A stretch of 58,986 bases of DNA, filler included, from Sluysia triapertura (GCA_046118255.1; 4 parts of 4 records of this genome joined end to end with filler, not necessarily neighbours in it), one strand, 5' to 3'. Counted from the whole stretch's first letter, positions 25,403-39,709 are shown. Program-made: numbers and translations. The notes: generated from the letters alone by a model not told the origin.

Positions 25403-28115
25403 GTAGTTCCTTAACTTTGATATGTAATCTTCTGAAAGTACTAATTGCTTATCTATTTTTCTTAAAGTTTACTAAATTTTCACGTTCCTTTTTTCAAAAT
25501 TTTCAAATAAAGAGTTCTCGAGCAAAATGTGTAGAATCCGTTGTAAAACGCGTAACCACACGTGCAACAATAAGAACACCGTGTAATATTAAATTAATTA
25601 ATCATAATGAGATTCCTATGTCGATAGCAGTACTGTCTTTAAAATATGAATATCAAAGACTAGTTAAAATTTTAAATTTGAATTCACGTGAATTAAAGAC
25701 TAAACGAGTATATTCTTGTGATGTTTTGCAAGAAAAGACTAATATTTTAATGAAACAAGCCTTTGGATGGTTCATGTGTCAGTTAGAAGACACGATACGA
25801 TTATATTTTATTTAGAGTCGTTTAAATTATTGATATTTAGTATAGATGCGTTTGATAACATCGAAGAATTGGTAACTTTGTTGTTCATGAGGCAAGAAAA
25901 TCGGTCAGAAAATATTTCAAAACCTATATTACAAACATACTTCATCACATACGAACATTTTGTACATTAACAAAACACTAAATAAACTACTTGACTCATT
26001 CAAAAGCAAACATAATTATCATGAGTTATGGTTATTGTTATCATGAACTCCATTGTAATAATAATTATAATAATTTCATATAATAATTCTTACAATAATA
26101 TCATAATACCATCAACACCATCATATTAAAATGTATAATAATTCCATTATAAATTTATTCCTATCATTGTTATCATTATGATTTCTGTTATTTTCACAAT
26201 TAATATTCTTTTTATTCTTTTTGTTTGTATGAATTTTTATATATTTATGTTTGTGTTGTTATTATTCACATTTTATTGCTTATAACTTTCTTTCTAACCC
26301 TCTTTCCTCAACTTTCTGGTGTTGAAATTATTGAATATATTATTCGCTTAGAACGATAACACAATTTGCTACTATTACAATTACTATAATCATTATTACT
26401 GTTACTATATTATTATTACTTCTACATTATTTTAAGATGTTGGAAAATAACTATATTTTCATAAATTCTGGTGACAGTAAAATAATAGATTAGAATACTG
26501 AAGTTAAAAAGTATCTTATTCATGTTGAATGATAACAAATTATATACTATTATTAAAATTATTATTATTATCATGTTTATTTTACTTTTAATTTTTAATT
26601 AAATTTTAACTGCTTAAAATAATCAGTTGCTAAAATTTAATTAAAATTATGTCTATTATTATTGTAATCACTGTTACTATTATTATTACTACAATTATTA
26701 TTAGTGTAAATACTACTACCATTACTACTATTACTACCAGTACTACTACTAAAGTAATACGATTACCACGACCGCTATTGCCACGACATATAAAATTATA
26801 AATAAAAATTATAATTTCAAGTCTATGATGAAATCTAACCAAGCAAGTACACAAAAATTTGAAACAAGTAAACTCCAAGCTGATTCACCAGATAATACTA
26901 TATTTATCAAGTATCCAAGATTAATCGTCGCGCTCTTTCAAATCCAGTTTTGATGTATAATCGAGATTTAGATGAATATAAAAATTCTCTTCATCGAAAT
27001 GATAGAAGTGAATTAAATGGTAATTATAAAGATTCTGCAAGAAAGTTAATAAATATGAATCTGAATGACTACATCTAATCACGAGTAATATCTGAAAATA
27101 CTGAAATATCTGAATGATTCATGGAAAAAATTCACGAATTTGAAACATCACTTGAAACTCAAAGTCTCGAATCTAAGGGAACAGAACCAATTATTCAATT
27201 AGCTATCGATGCTACAAAAAAGCAACAACAACATATCTTGGTATCATATTCTTGGCGACATTATTGAAGACATTGCAGCTAATATGAGTATAAATGAACT
27301 AAAAAACAAATTCAAGTATCTGAAAGATCTAATCCGTCAATGATATTATTGCTAAAATTTTTGGAATATTAAGGGTCGCGATATTATTAATTTTTACTTT
27401 TTATTTATTGTTGAATAATAAAAGTTTATGAAATTTTGTTGATTTGATGTTTGTAAAATTTAGTTTTGTTTTTATATGCCTTAAGCCTATGTTGTTTAAT
27501 AATTTATTAATAGTTAAAAATTTAATGTTTTAAATTGTTTGTTTAGTATATTAGCCAAAATCTCAATTACGAATAAATTTATAAAGTTATATAGTTTCAA
27601 ATGGTAATAAAGCTGTGTTGCCGGAAACGTCGCTGATTGCCGAAGTTTGATTTTCTATGTTGGAATGGGTCTCTTACCTAATGTAGTGTTTATTATTTAT
27701 CTGCTTATGGTATTATCATTTTTATTTCGCCAATTCGTGCAATATATAAGGACTTTTTGTGATTATATGATTAAGGATTTGAAGTCAACTTTTAGAAAGA
27801 TAAATGTTTTAATAGTTTCTAAATTTAATAATTCTTAATCAAATTAATAAAGTTCTAAATATAAAAACATTAAATAAGAATTATAATAAAAATAATATTT
27901 TAATAAACTTATTTTAATAAATAATATTTTAAGAAACTTATTTTCTTGGTTTTAGTAAATAAGTTAAGCTAGTGGTTAAGACCTAGCGTAAAATTCTGAA
28001 ATTTTAAGTTTTTTAATTAAAATAAGAACGTTTAGAAAACTTAAATAAACAAATTTACTTTTGCATGGATTTTCTAAAATGTTCGAATAAATTTTCATTG
28101 ATTAATAAATTTTGC

Positions 28116-28215
28116 NNNNNNNNNNNNNNNNNNNNNNNNNNNNNNNNNNNNNNNNNNNNTTAATTAATTAANNNNNNNNNNNNNNNNNNNNNNNNNNNNN
28201 NNNNNNNNNNNNNNN
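28116..28215. other. Artificial scaffold-joining linker
   Basis: 44N-TTAATTAATTAA-44N. Confidence 0.97.
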
Positions 28216-28432
28216 CCTCAAGTCCATCTCAAGCTTCCATAAGGTCTCAAACCCTTACATAGGTCTTTGGAACTCAAAGGTATTCTTTAACTGCTAACAT
28301 TATTATAGATGTTTTTACTTTTATTATTCTTATTCCAATAACATTTACCATGTTCAATCAATCACTTTGTATCATTTTATGACCTCACATTTTCTCACTC
28401 ATCCCCGGATACACAGTTGGGAAATCCCAACA
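28216..28432 (-). mobile_element. LTR-like repeat starting TGTTGGGATTTCCC
   Basis: Same family and terminus as 3590-3788 and 34900-35144. Confidence 0.6.
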
Positions 28433-30151
28433 GCTTTGAATTTAGCTCATTTATTTGTGTAAATGTACGAATGCACATTGCTTTATAAATATAAATTGTT
28501 ATTGAATATTATAAAAATTAATTAAAACCTTATTTAATAAATCTATTTTAAAATGTAAATTTCATTCAATATTATAAAAGTGTTTTCAAAAGTCAGTTAG
28601 TTAACTAATGGATTTCCATTAATAAAGTCATTGTGTTATATTAAATTAATTGATAAGGATAAATAATGAAGTCAAACTACATTCTGCATTAAAGAGATAA
28701 CAAATCGACAAGATAAGAAATTTTTTAAAATTTAATAAAATCCTACGGGAATGTCGCGAGAAGCATAAATCGTTAATCGTAGGCGAACCTTGACATTAAG
28801 ACAATTTGCATTACAGTTAAATAATAATATATTATATATTATATTCGAGATATATTTTATTATTTATAATGTATAATGTATACAATACATATTGTATATT
28901 ATATTCATGAACTCAAGCAGTAAGTTTATAAAATCATTAACAAAAAGTTGACCTTTGGTCAGTTATAAGACTTTATTGATAACATATTATCATCATTATT
29001 ATAATATTATTATTATTATTTTTGTATCAACATTAATTGTACTTTTAATATAAGAAGTAACTTTCTTTATCACTATTTTTGTATATTTTTGACTTAGTGT
29101 TGAACTCTAGTTGTTAGTAAACTTATTGTTACTGTTAATTTCTTTAGCACATTAATAGAGTTAGAGAATAGAAAATTGTGTTTATTGGACCGCAAGAAAA
29201 TATATTGAACATAATACTGCAAGATTATTGTCATCGATATTAATTTTATACAGTTTTAAACCAAATAAACATACTTTGATTTTAATATTCTAAAAAAGTA
29301 ACCCTAAAGTTCATATAACTTCATTTAAAGTTCATAAAAAAGTAGCAATAATAATATTAATAATGATAAAAAAATAATAATAATAATACAACAATCAGAT
29401 TAGAGTATGACTAAATCATAATTTAAACATTATAAAGAATAATAAAATGTAAACCAAACATAGATACAACACAAAATTTTGAAACAAAATCTTTAGATGA
29501 TATTTCACAAATATAGAAAATCTTGATAAAACAATAACAATAACAACAAAGGTCAATAGCAGTAAAAATAACAAAAAAATAATTTAATATATTTTCTTTG
29601 TTTTAATAATGTAATTTAATTCGTATTTTATTACAAATAAATAAAGTTCTTATATTACTAATAATAATGCAATCTGAAACTCTAATGATAATATCGATTA
29701 ATTAATGATTTTTTAAATTGCACGAATATCGATGTTTTTACATAATACGGAAGATGACGAGGATTTTAGGACGTCAGTTAAATTTATTTGTGCTTGGATC
29801 ATCGTTTACTAAAGATGATTCAATTTATACTTAAATTTTTAATTATCTACAGAGATTATGTGCTTAATAAATAGAATAACGACCACAGTCATTTTTTCCT
29901 CATGTGAAGAGAAAAAATTTATGCGTGTATGAATAATCATTTCGACATTATTATGGTAGCAAATATTAATTAGAAATATCATGTTTCAGATGATGTCAGT
30001 CTGCTAGTCTTCTTTTTTATTTCCTGCTAAAATCTTTTGGAAGACACCCCTGCAGGATTTTTATTAGAAGATTAATTAGAGAGAGTGCTAGTAACGGCCT
30101 GAGGGTCATACTTCTATGACTGCCTAATTTATTATACTGAGTAACCGAACG

Positions 30152-30318
30152 CAAACTTAAATACAATTTAGATATCAAAAACGACAAGTGTAATTTCTTT
30201 TACGTCATTTTATATTATCTTCGCTACTATTCTGCGAATAGTTGTCTTTGTAATGACCTGTTGCGTGATCTTATTCATTTTTAAAAATGCACCGAAGGAC
30301 TTTAGATTTAAACGAACG
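30152..30318 (+). mobile_element. 5' fragment of the Tc1/mariner-superfamily element at 46836
   Basis: TAGATATCAAAAACGACAA...TATCTTCGCTACTATTC...CGAAGGACTTTAGATTTAAACGAAC shared with 46853-47041. Confidence 0.8.
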
Positions 30319-30749
30319 TATCTTCGTTATTAAAAATTACTATGCAATGATTAACTACAAGCATGTTGAAGTTTAACATAACTTCTGAGTGTAGTGATTA
30401 TTTATGGAATTTATATATTATCATCAATCATATAATTGTAACACAAATATCAAATTAATCTATTTGAATTATTTGTAGAACAATAATTTACTTTTTTAAA
30501 GATTCAATTGGAGAAAGAATTGATCAAATTTTGTTCATTAATCGATTTTATGAGATGTAAACGAAAGTGAATTCTAAGAAAGAAAATCAATAATTGTATT
30601 GACGAGGGAGAGAGATAGATGAGAAGAGAATATCGTGTTGTGATAGGACGTAAATTGAGATGAGAATTTCTGTCACAATTTTCTCACAATTTGATTGGTT
30701 CTCTTTCTACTCACAACACATCAACACATACAATTGTAATGATGCTAAA

Positions 30750-30873
30750 ATGCTTGGTTATTTGAAACGTCGTTTTTCATCTGGAGATTTGCAAGGTGAG
30801 GCGGCTGATAATCGACAACAAGACGGTATAACGTCATTTTTAAATCCATTCAATACCGCTACTAGTTCATCTA

Positions 30874-30904
<31 letters not shown>

Positions 30905-33075
30905 ATCTACTGTTACTAGTGCCACTGGCTCGTCTACTGCAGGGGCGCTTAATAGACCAACTAACACTTCTATCCCAAACAGGACTAACACTATATCGAC
31001 TACATCGACTTCATATTCGACTGTGCCTACTCGGACTTCGCAAAATCAAGTTTGTTGTTACATTTCGATGAATTTACAAATTATGTATTTACAAATTTAT
31101 TATTTAAATGTTTATTGGATTTCAACTGTACTTTTCTAATCACGAGAAACATTTCAATCTATTATATTTGTGTGAGTCGATATTTCTTATTTCTGTCGTA
31201 TTGTCTCTTTTTTTCAGACTTCATTTCCGACACCTCGAGCAGCTTATCCAAGTGCGCCAACTTCCCCTACACGTTCTGCGAGTTCATCTTTTGCAGCTCC
31301 AGTCGTGGAGAGTATAACTGGTCAAATATCGAGTACCTTGTCCAGAGGTATATTCGGTGGAGGATCTAATTCTAGTTACAAATCTGGACAGGGTAAATCA
31401 AAATGTAAAATTATACTTATAATCGATGAACCTCACATTGATTGGTTAGATCCTTTTATAGCTTTATGTATTTTAAAAAAGTTCAAGTAAATGTTAATAT
31501 ATACCTCATTAATTAAATTTAATTACGGTTACCATGGAATAAATTTGTAAACAATATAATTCGAAATTTCTCATACTTCTTTTGTAAATCATCGCTATAG
31601 AAAATAATGAGTCACAGAAGCGAATTTCAATTAGGAGTTATTTTTTGTGATGCGATTCTGATTCTGCAGATGCCCTTGCACTGGAAATTTCCATTTCGAT
31701 AGCACAGCATTCGTATACGTCGCGATACTCAGTGTTTATAACTGAATATTTATGAGTTTTGAATAAATCGAATTTGTCTGGAAAAAGAAAATTTGGTAAA
31801 TATTCATTTTCTATTTCAATAAAACCCAAATAATAATGCTTTAAAAGGTCTAGGATACACATGCAATTCAGAATTTTCCATTGTGAGAAAAACTTCAAGA
31901 TGGATCATGCTATTTTCTAAGATGCGATTGGAAAACGCCCAAGATTGTCAAGGTCTACAAGAAATGCTGCAATCGTGGTACAGATGGTGATCTTACAGAT
32001 TCATCTAGTCGCTATGTTACTTGATTCACAGTTTGAGGATCACAGTGCTAAGAGATATTGTATGACTGTGTTTAGAATAAATTGTTTTATTTTTAATGCT
32101 GCATCACGTATTACGAATTCAGTGCAAAATCGATCAGAAGAAAATAAGATTCTGAATTAAGCAGAACTTTCAATGAGTATTTTTCAATGAGAACTTTCAA
32201 TGTCTTTATTTTTTAATGTTCGTATTGTGGATAAAATCGTAAATATATTGAATTGGTGCATAAGTTCAATAATAGGGTTTTTACAATTACGAAAAATGCA
32301 TACTGATCAAGAATAAAAAACATGCTAAAAAATTCCAGATAACAAAATGAATTTATTAAATCATTAGAAAAACAAATATTTGAGTTACAATGGTGAGATA
32401 CTCTCCGCCACAATCGATCACTTCATTCCACCGTTCTGACAGTGTCAGTCCCACATTTGAAGAAGCGTGGTGATTTTTGTGTTGTTCGTTCACTGACTGC
32501 CTTTTCTCCATAAACGCAACAAATCATTTTGGTGGCTTCTGCAGTGTTTAAATGTTGATTAAAATAGAAAAGGAGTAGATGCCTGAAATGTTCATTTTTA
32601 TCTCCCGGACACTCCATTTTAATGAGGGTAATGAAAGTGAAAGTTAGGCTAAAATGATTTAAATAGATAATTCAGCTGAATGAATATAACTCAAATCAGT
32701 TAAAGCAAGAAGTAGGTGTGTTTTCTTCGCAACAAATAAAACCGCACGAATTTATGCACCAACCCAATAATATTGATTTTCTCTCTAATTTCACAGGCCT
32801 CATTAAACTCCAATCGGAGGTTGATAACGTAGAAACACCAAATAAATAGATTGCTATGATTCTTAAGAGTTAGGATATGTACAAATATTTGGTTATAACA
32901 AATTCGGGTTATGCTTTGAATCAAAAGGACTTATAAGTGACATCATCTATCAGTCTCGATCTAAAATTAAATTAGTAACAAAAATTGTATTGGAAATATA
33001 AATTAAATTAATAATAAAAGTAATTATAGAAATTAATAATATAGAATTAATAAAATTTATAATATATTTATTGAA

Positions 33076-33113
<38 letters not shown>

Positions 33114-36100
33114 AATAATAATGATAATAATTGTAGTAAAGATGACGCATGAACAAATCGCTTACGACAATAAAGATGGTAGTGAGACACTGTCGTATAT
33201 ATTTAATAATATAAATATAAACGTCGTTATATTTAATAATAATAAATCAATATCGGAAAATTTACTTAATAAAATCTCAATAATTTTGTTAATCACTTAA
33301 TCCAATATAAAAGTATCAGAAATTTTCTTATTCTGATGGTAATATTTATTCAACCCAAAAATTAAATTCTTAATTTATTGATTACAAAAATCAAATACAA
33401 ATTGTTATTATAAGTCTCCACTGAACAAAAATAAAAATGACTAAAAAAGATTAACAATAATGGTTATAATAATAATAATAATCTATCTCAAAAACTAGAG
33501 GTGACACAAACACAAAAAATGTCAATATCCAGAAAATTTCAAATAGTCATAATACTTAAATATTTTCAGATAATTTTTAACCTAACTTAATGACGATTAA
33601 ATATTATAAAAAAATTTGGACAGGAATCCTCCCTACTATTTAAGAGTAATGCCTGAATTAAAAAATAAAATATTTAAAATTTCTTAAAATAAATTGAATA
33701 GGGAGTCTCCTACAAGACTAACCTAGGAACAGCCAAAAATCAAAACTAATATTTTAAAAACAAATTGAGTAGGGTGTCTCCCACAAAACAAAAATAAACT
33801 AAATAGAATTTCCCCCAAAAATAATAAAATAATAATAATAAAAACACTATTAAAATAATAAAATCAAAAAATAAAATATTTAATTCTTACCAAAAGCATG
33901 GATCTTCTAATGATTATAACTTAATTGTGCACTTGTGTTTTGTATTTTGTGTTAAAATTTTTCATTTTATACTCTCATAATCCAATCAATCCTAGATTTC
34001 ACAATCAAGCACTTTCTCACACAAATCATCAAAACCTCTTTGATAATTATACCTATAATTACATTATACATACTGTCAAACTTCTTTAGGTACAAAACAC
34101 AAAAATTTGATTTAGTATCAACCATCATTTTCTTTTACTCAATCTATATTCACTTAAATTACCTCCTCCCATTAAAATATCAATCAACAACAAAAATAAT
34201 AAAATAAAAATAATGAATTTAATTTCTCTTTTTAGAATTTAATTGATTTCCGATTTTTCACACCCAATTTTCTAATGAAAAATGTTTTAAGGTTCTTATT
34301 CTCAAACAAACCATTCTACAAATGTATGGATTCATCTCATATTCAATTCATTTCATTTGCATCATTCTAAGTATAAAAAATTCAGCATTTCTTAATTAAA
34401 AATTAATTAAAATTTGACTTTGTTCAATATTAAGGTTTTCCTTGCATGAACTCTGTCGAACCTTACCTTCATCAAAAAGTTTTTTCAAAACAAATACATA
34501 CACAATTTCAAATTCAACATAGTATTCCGCATTCAAAAGTTATTCACAAATAAGTTGATTTTTCTTAATTAAGTTAAGATTTTAATTAATTAATCTATTT
34601 TTAGACTTAATCTTCTTTTGTTTAAAGGTTTTATTAAGGTTTTAAAATTGTGTAGTAGTTTATAAAGCATTCAGGAGGCTCTAGATGTTTTCACCTTCTG
34701 ATTCCTTTTTCCAACTCTTCATGTTAATTATTACCATATTAAACTTATCTTTATTTTGAACAAAGATTTTATTTTTCAAAGATTTTAAAGATTTTAAACA
34801 TTACTTGAAGATCCCAAATGCCTATCAAGTTTTTAAGAATATCTAAAGTTTAATAAGGTCTTAGATGATCTCAAGCCTGATAAGCTCAAAGGTACACTAA
34901 TGACTTCAAAGGTATTCGAAGTTTATTTCAAGCTTCTACGAGGTCTCGACACCTAATATAGGTCTTTGGAATGCAAAGGTATTCTTCAACTCTCAACTGA
35001 ACTATGGTTATTTCCATCTTCGTCACTTTTTACTCCAACAATGCTTTATTGTTTCTGTTCATCATTTTGTATTAATTCTTCATACATTTGTAATTTCATG
35101 CGTTTCCCATCCATCATCTGTTCCACAGTTGGGCAATCTCAACATATGCACGATATTTTAGACAACATATGAGAAGGCTGTGTTTTATTTCATTAATGTA
35201 TAATTGATTTAATGTACAATTTAATGTACAATTGTTTTAATGTATAAATTGATGAAAGTACATTTGGTAATTAACTTAATTAGATTAATTAAAATGTGTT
35301 TTGTAAAATAATTTTGAATTAAAGTGATATGTTATGGAATAGCTGTACATTGAATGAAAGATGAAACACATTATTAAGTTAACGGAATAGGCAAGAAATT
35401 TTTTTAATTAATTTGAAGTGTTAACAAGGAATTATGTATAAAAGAATAATCGGATAAGCTAGAAACTCATGCAGAACAAATCCTTGTGAAGGAGCAATTT
35501 AATCTAAAAGCGTAGCGTTGATCTATTCTGCATCGAAAATGATTTTCACGTGATAGAAAATTATAGGAGAAAAATTTTAATATTTTTCTGGATATTAAAG
35601 TTTTGGTTAATTGTTAATTAACTATTTTGATTTATCCTTAAATTTTTATTCGTGACAATTGATATTTTGTTAATTTATATTCATTGTGAAAAGTGATAAA
35701 TTACATTAATAGTGATACAGAGAATATTTGTGAATTTAAATCTTAGTTTGATTTTCTGAGTTAAATTAAACAAATAAAATATCAATAATAGAAGATTGAA
35801 TAATTAACAAATCAGAATTATTTAATCGAGTTCGGCACCAGGTCGAATTACAAATATGAATGATGATAGTATTTTTCAGGTCCAAGTACTTCCGGGGACG
35901 AAGAATTTTTGGAGATTGGGAAATTCGAATCGAGCAAGCCCAATTTGGGGAGATAAATTTAGTGGGCTTCAGTGAAATGGGCTGTACAATTGACGTGCAG
36001 ATGGACAAATCAGGGACGAAGACGATGCGGTTAGTGGGATTCAAATATTTGTCAATTTCTTGATAAATTTTTATGAATAACATTTAATTATATTGATCAG

Positions 36101-38927
36101 AAGAATTTATATTTAAAATATGGAATGCCGACAACTTTTCTAACTCGATGATTTTATAGTGAATGGAAAACAATATTGTCGTGATCTTGACAAATGTTTC
36201 GGTGTTTCCTCTCAATTTCACGACATACAAGATTATCTTCCAGGAACTAATTAATGTCGCCACACGCATCCAAATTACTCTTTCACAAACTCGACGTAGT
36301 TCCAGAATTTCCATTGCATTTGTTGACTTTTTAAGACATACATAAATGCATCATCCGTTATTTGGTTCTTTGGAAACAACTAAGTATATTTTAACGACTT
36401 CCAATACCCTGAATTCATTCTGCCACATTCTCGAGACAGTTACTAATTATTTATAATCCTCCACACAATACTGAGGAACTCAAAATGCGAATCGCAAGAG
36501 ACAGTTTAACATGGGTTGCAAATTTGGTTCGCTTATCTATTTTAAAAATGAAACAAAAAATATTTAATTAATATTAAAATAAAATTACAAATAAAAATGC
36601 ATTAGGAATCTCAAGATATCGTAAAATCAAAATAAATAAAAAGAAAACTGAACAAATCTGTTCTCGTTACAAAGAGTACGGATCGCAGCCCGAGTAATTA
36701 TGGAGAGTTGTAATAATTACTTCAGGAAAATTACAAGTAAACTTTAATTTTAACAATGCAACTAAATCGATAAACGATATTATATTGAATAAAAAATCAA
36801 TTTAAAAAATAATATAAAACAAGTAAGGTTCAAATCGTTCGATGGCATATCCATACTTTGATCATTTGAAGATGAATCATTTCTGCATATTAAGTTATCC
36901 GTCAAATAATAACCGAGGAGAGAATACCGAGTAATTTAAGAAACCACTTCATCACGAGAAATTGTGATATAGTGATTAGTAATAGTAAAACTTTATTGCA
37001 TAATACAGGGATGGCCAAGCATGCGGCTCTTTGAAGGATTATTTGTGGCTCTCTATAAATGTACCCGAGTTCCCTTTAATACACACATTTTCAATAAATA
37101 TAATTTCTGTAAAAAAATTTTTCAAAACCTTTCTTGTGTACTTATTTAATACGTATTTTTAAATTTTGAAAACAGGCTCGGACTAGCAAGGAGCTTGGCC
37201 ACCCCTGGCGTAATATGTATAGATGATTAGCAGAAATTAACAACAAATTAATGCATAAAACATGGATAAATGTGACTGTTAATGGTACACTACGAATTGA
37301 TAAAATGATGATAATATTGACGTTAGAAAATTTTGTCGTTAACCTTTTATATTTAAGAAATATTTAAGATCATATATTTTCGATAATTTTTTGCAAAAAT
37401 TACAAGCATTAAATGTAGTTTTAATGCTAATAAATAGTTGTACTCAGATTTAAATGAATCTTTTATTGTTAAAAAAGTTAATGCTATTTATAAAATAACT
37501 ATTATTTCTTATATTGTTTTAAGTGAATTCATTCNNNNNNNNNNNNNNNNNNNNNNNNNNNNNNNNNNNNNNNNNNNNNNNNNNNNNNNNNNNNNNNNNN
37601 NNNNNNNNNNNNNNNNNNNNNNNNNNNNNNNNNNNNNNNNNNNNNNNNNNNNNNNNNNNNNNNNNNNNNNNNNNNNNNNNNNNNNNNNNNNNNNNNNNNN
37701 NNNNNNNNNNNNNNNNNNNNNNNNNNNNNNNNNNNNNNNNNNNNNNNNNNNNNNNNNNNNNNNNNNNNNNNNNNNNNNNNNNNNNNNNCAATTAATTATA
37801 AACATAATCAAATTTATAGGGATAAAATGGCACGCATTTAACGTAAACTTTTTTGACAAATGTATTGTAAAACAAAGCTTAAAATTTAAACTACTTACAT
37901 TAAGTGACTAACAATGATAAAAGCAACCAACAATTTTAAATTATTTCACAGTGGATTCTGTGATAAAGATGCTACTGGAAAGATGTAAATTAAAATCAAA
38001 AGTGATTTTCGAGAATATTCAGTGTTCTAAGAAAAGATTTATCTTAACAGCTTTAACAGTATAATGAAATAGAAGTAGCAGAAATAATAACAATAGAAAC
38101 AGTGGTAAAATAATAATACTAAAAAATAAGAATAGTGACAGAAAGCAAGAAACAACAAAACATATAGACATAAAGAGGAATAGAAAACCAAACATTGTAA
38201 CAACAATAGTAGTTATAACAACAATCACAAAGTTATTATGACAATTTAGTATTATGGCAATAGTCATTATCATTGTGATAACAATTATGATAATAATAGT
38301 AATAATTGCAAAATTATAGTAATTATAAATTATTATGACTGTGTTTATGTTTTATCTGAATTGAGTAATTCTTCTAGTAATTTATTTATGTAAGAAGTGT
38401 TGATTTGTGATGTAATGTGTTTATGATTGTTACGAGTTGATCTAGAGTCCACTGTGTAAGTGCATGTTAATCTATCATACTTGCATAAAGATATTAAAAA
38501 ACAATTTATAAATATTTTATCACTAAATGAGTGCCTTTGTCATCATATAAAAATATGGTACTAAACTTGAATAAGTTTGAAAAATGAAGATTGCTAAATA
38601 TTGTTTTAATGAACAAGTTATACATTAATAATATTTTGTAAAAATTTAAAATAACTGGTACTAAAAACTGAATATTTTACCGTTGATATGGAACTGAATG
38701 TACACCTCTCCTGGAAAAGTTTTCTATTGCTTAAATTGAAATTAAAATTACTGAATTATTCCGTAAATTATTTTAGTTCGTTTCGGCCAGACTTTGTTGT
38801 AATTCGACAATCCAGCAGCGATTCGGCAGAAGATCATCGAAATATTGTCATGGGCCTTCTTTACAGCGGACTACCGGCACTCAATTCATTACATGCCGTG
38901 TTCAATATGCACGAACGAGTCTGGATG
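30750..38927 (+). CDS. SYN: Synapsin, first four coding exons (30750-31049, 31218-31444, 35880-36029, 38777-38927); 3' part missing
   Basis: Domain A MLGYLKRRFSSGDLQGE, SAPTSP, domain C IIDEPHIDWSKYFRGRRIFGDWEIRIEQAQF and RSFRPDFVVIRQ...NSLHAVFN; all junctions GT..AG with matching phases (0, 2, 2). Confidence 0.95.
32248..32767 (-). mobile_element. Internally deleted mariner element in synapsin intron 2
   Basis: TIRs TTG(AA/GG)TTGGTGCATAA(G/A)TTC flanked by TA on both sides; transposase N-terminal HTH MECPGDKNEHFRHLLLFYFNQ...AEATKMICCVYGEKAVSERT at 32617-32423. Confidence 0.92.
33600..35144 (-). mobile_element. LTR-like element with downstream short-hairpin array; 3' boundary approximate
   Basis: Starts TGTTGAGATTGCCC at 35144; three spaced repeats AAATT..(G/A)(T/C)AGG..CTCC at 33612, 33691, 33762. 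Confidence 0.5.
37006..37207. mobile_element. hAT (Charlie/Buster-like) MITE, 202 bp
   Basis: TIRs CAGGGATGGCCAAGC / GCTTGGCCACCCCTG; 8-bp target duplication GCATAATA / GCGTAATA. Confidence 0.9.
37535..37788. other. Within-scaffold assembly gap
   Basis: Plain N run without linker; spanned in phase by synapsin exons 3-4. Confidence 0.95.
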
Positions 38928-39709
38928 GTATGTTTCGATTCCATGTTGTTAGGTTATTAGATTAAGGTTGTAAAAACAAATTTGGGTGTGAATTTCCAAT
39001 TCATCCTCATTCATTCATTCATCCTCTTTATGTATTTAAATTAACAAAAATAATTCTGCAACACAAAGAAATGAGTCTCAATTTCAATATATTCTAAACT
39101 TTACAGCAAAGTGTATAACAATACAAATAAGTCTTTATATTACAATTAATTTTTCTTCAATATAAATGAATCTTTTTACAACAACCAAATATAACTCAAA
39201 AATAAATCAGTCTTATGAAAATACACATCAATTATAAAACCCACTTCCAGAGCTGACACAACGTACATAAATGTTAGTACCCAAATAACAATAAATTAAT
39301 GAGAATAACTCAAGGTCAACTAAAATTCAAGGTCCACGAATAATTCAACTAAAAGTACGACTACGAAAGAGATAGGAGATTAAATCAGTGTTTGCTACTA
39401 CTGCGATAGGAGAGAATACCAAAATGTGTTTCTTTACATTTGTTGTTACTATCACCGCTATTGTTCGTATTATCATTGTTTTTATCTATTCAAAATCACT
39501 ACAGTTTACTTTCTTATCCATCACGGAATACCAAAAGTCATCGGATATAAAGTCACATCCCATTACAAACTTGGATGAACACCACCTAATTTGAGTACCA
39601 ACACAACATCTGTACGGTCTACACTAATTATTTGTACATCAAGTACTAGAAATAAAATGGCACATTTTTCGTAACATCAACATAAAAATGATAAAAATTA
39701 AAAATATTG

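Larger units (their letters stand above)
22340..25972 (-). mobile_element. Gag-only (pol-less) Ty3/gypsy-derived element, copy B; boundaries approximate
   Basis: Gag followed by ~1.9 kb lacking any protease/RT/RNase H/integrase motif I could see, containing a hairpin array and the 57-nt motif; possible LTR start TGTTAATGTAC at 25972. Confidence 0.6.

Noticed and set aside
30660-30749. Upstream in-frame ATG extending synapsin by 30 aa
   Set aside because: Synapsins normally start a few residues before the RRxS site; 30750 preferred, though the extension cannot be excluded.
37438-37911. ORFs spanning N runs (also 46163-46456)
   Set aside because: Artefacts of translating assembly gaps.
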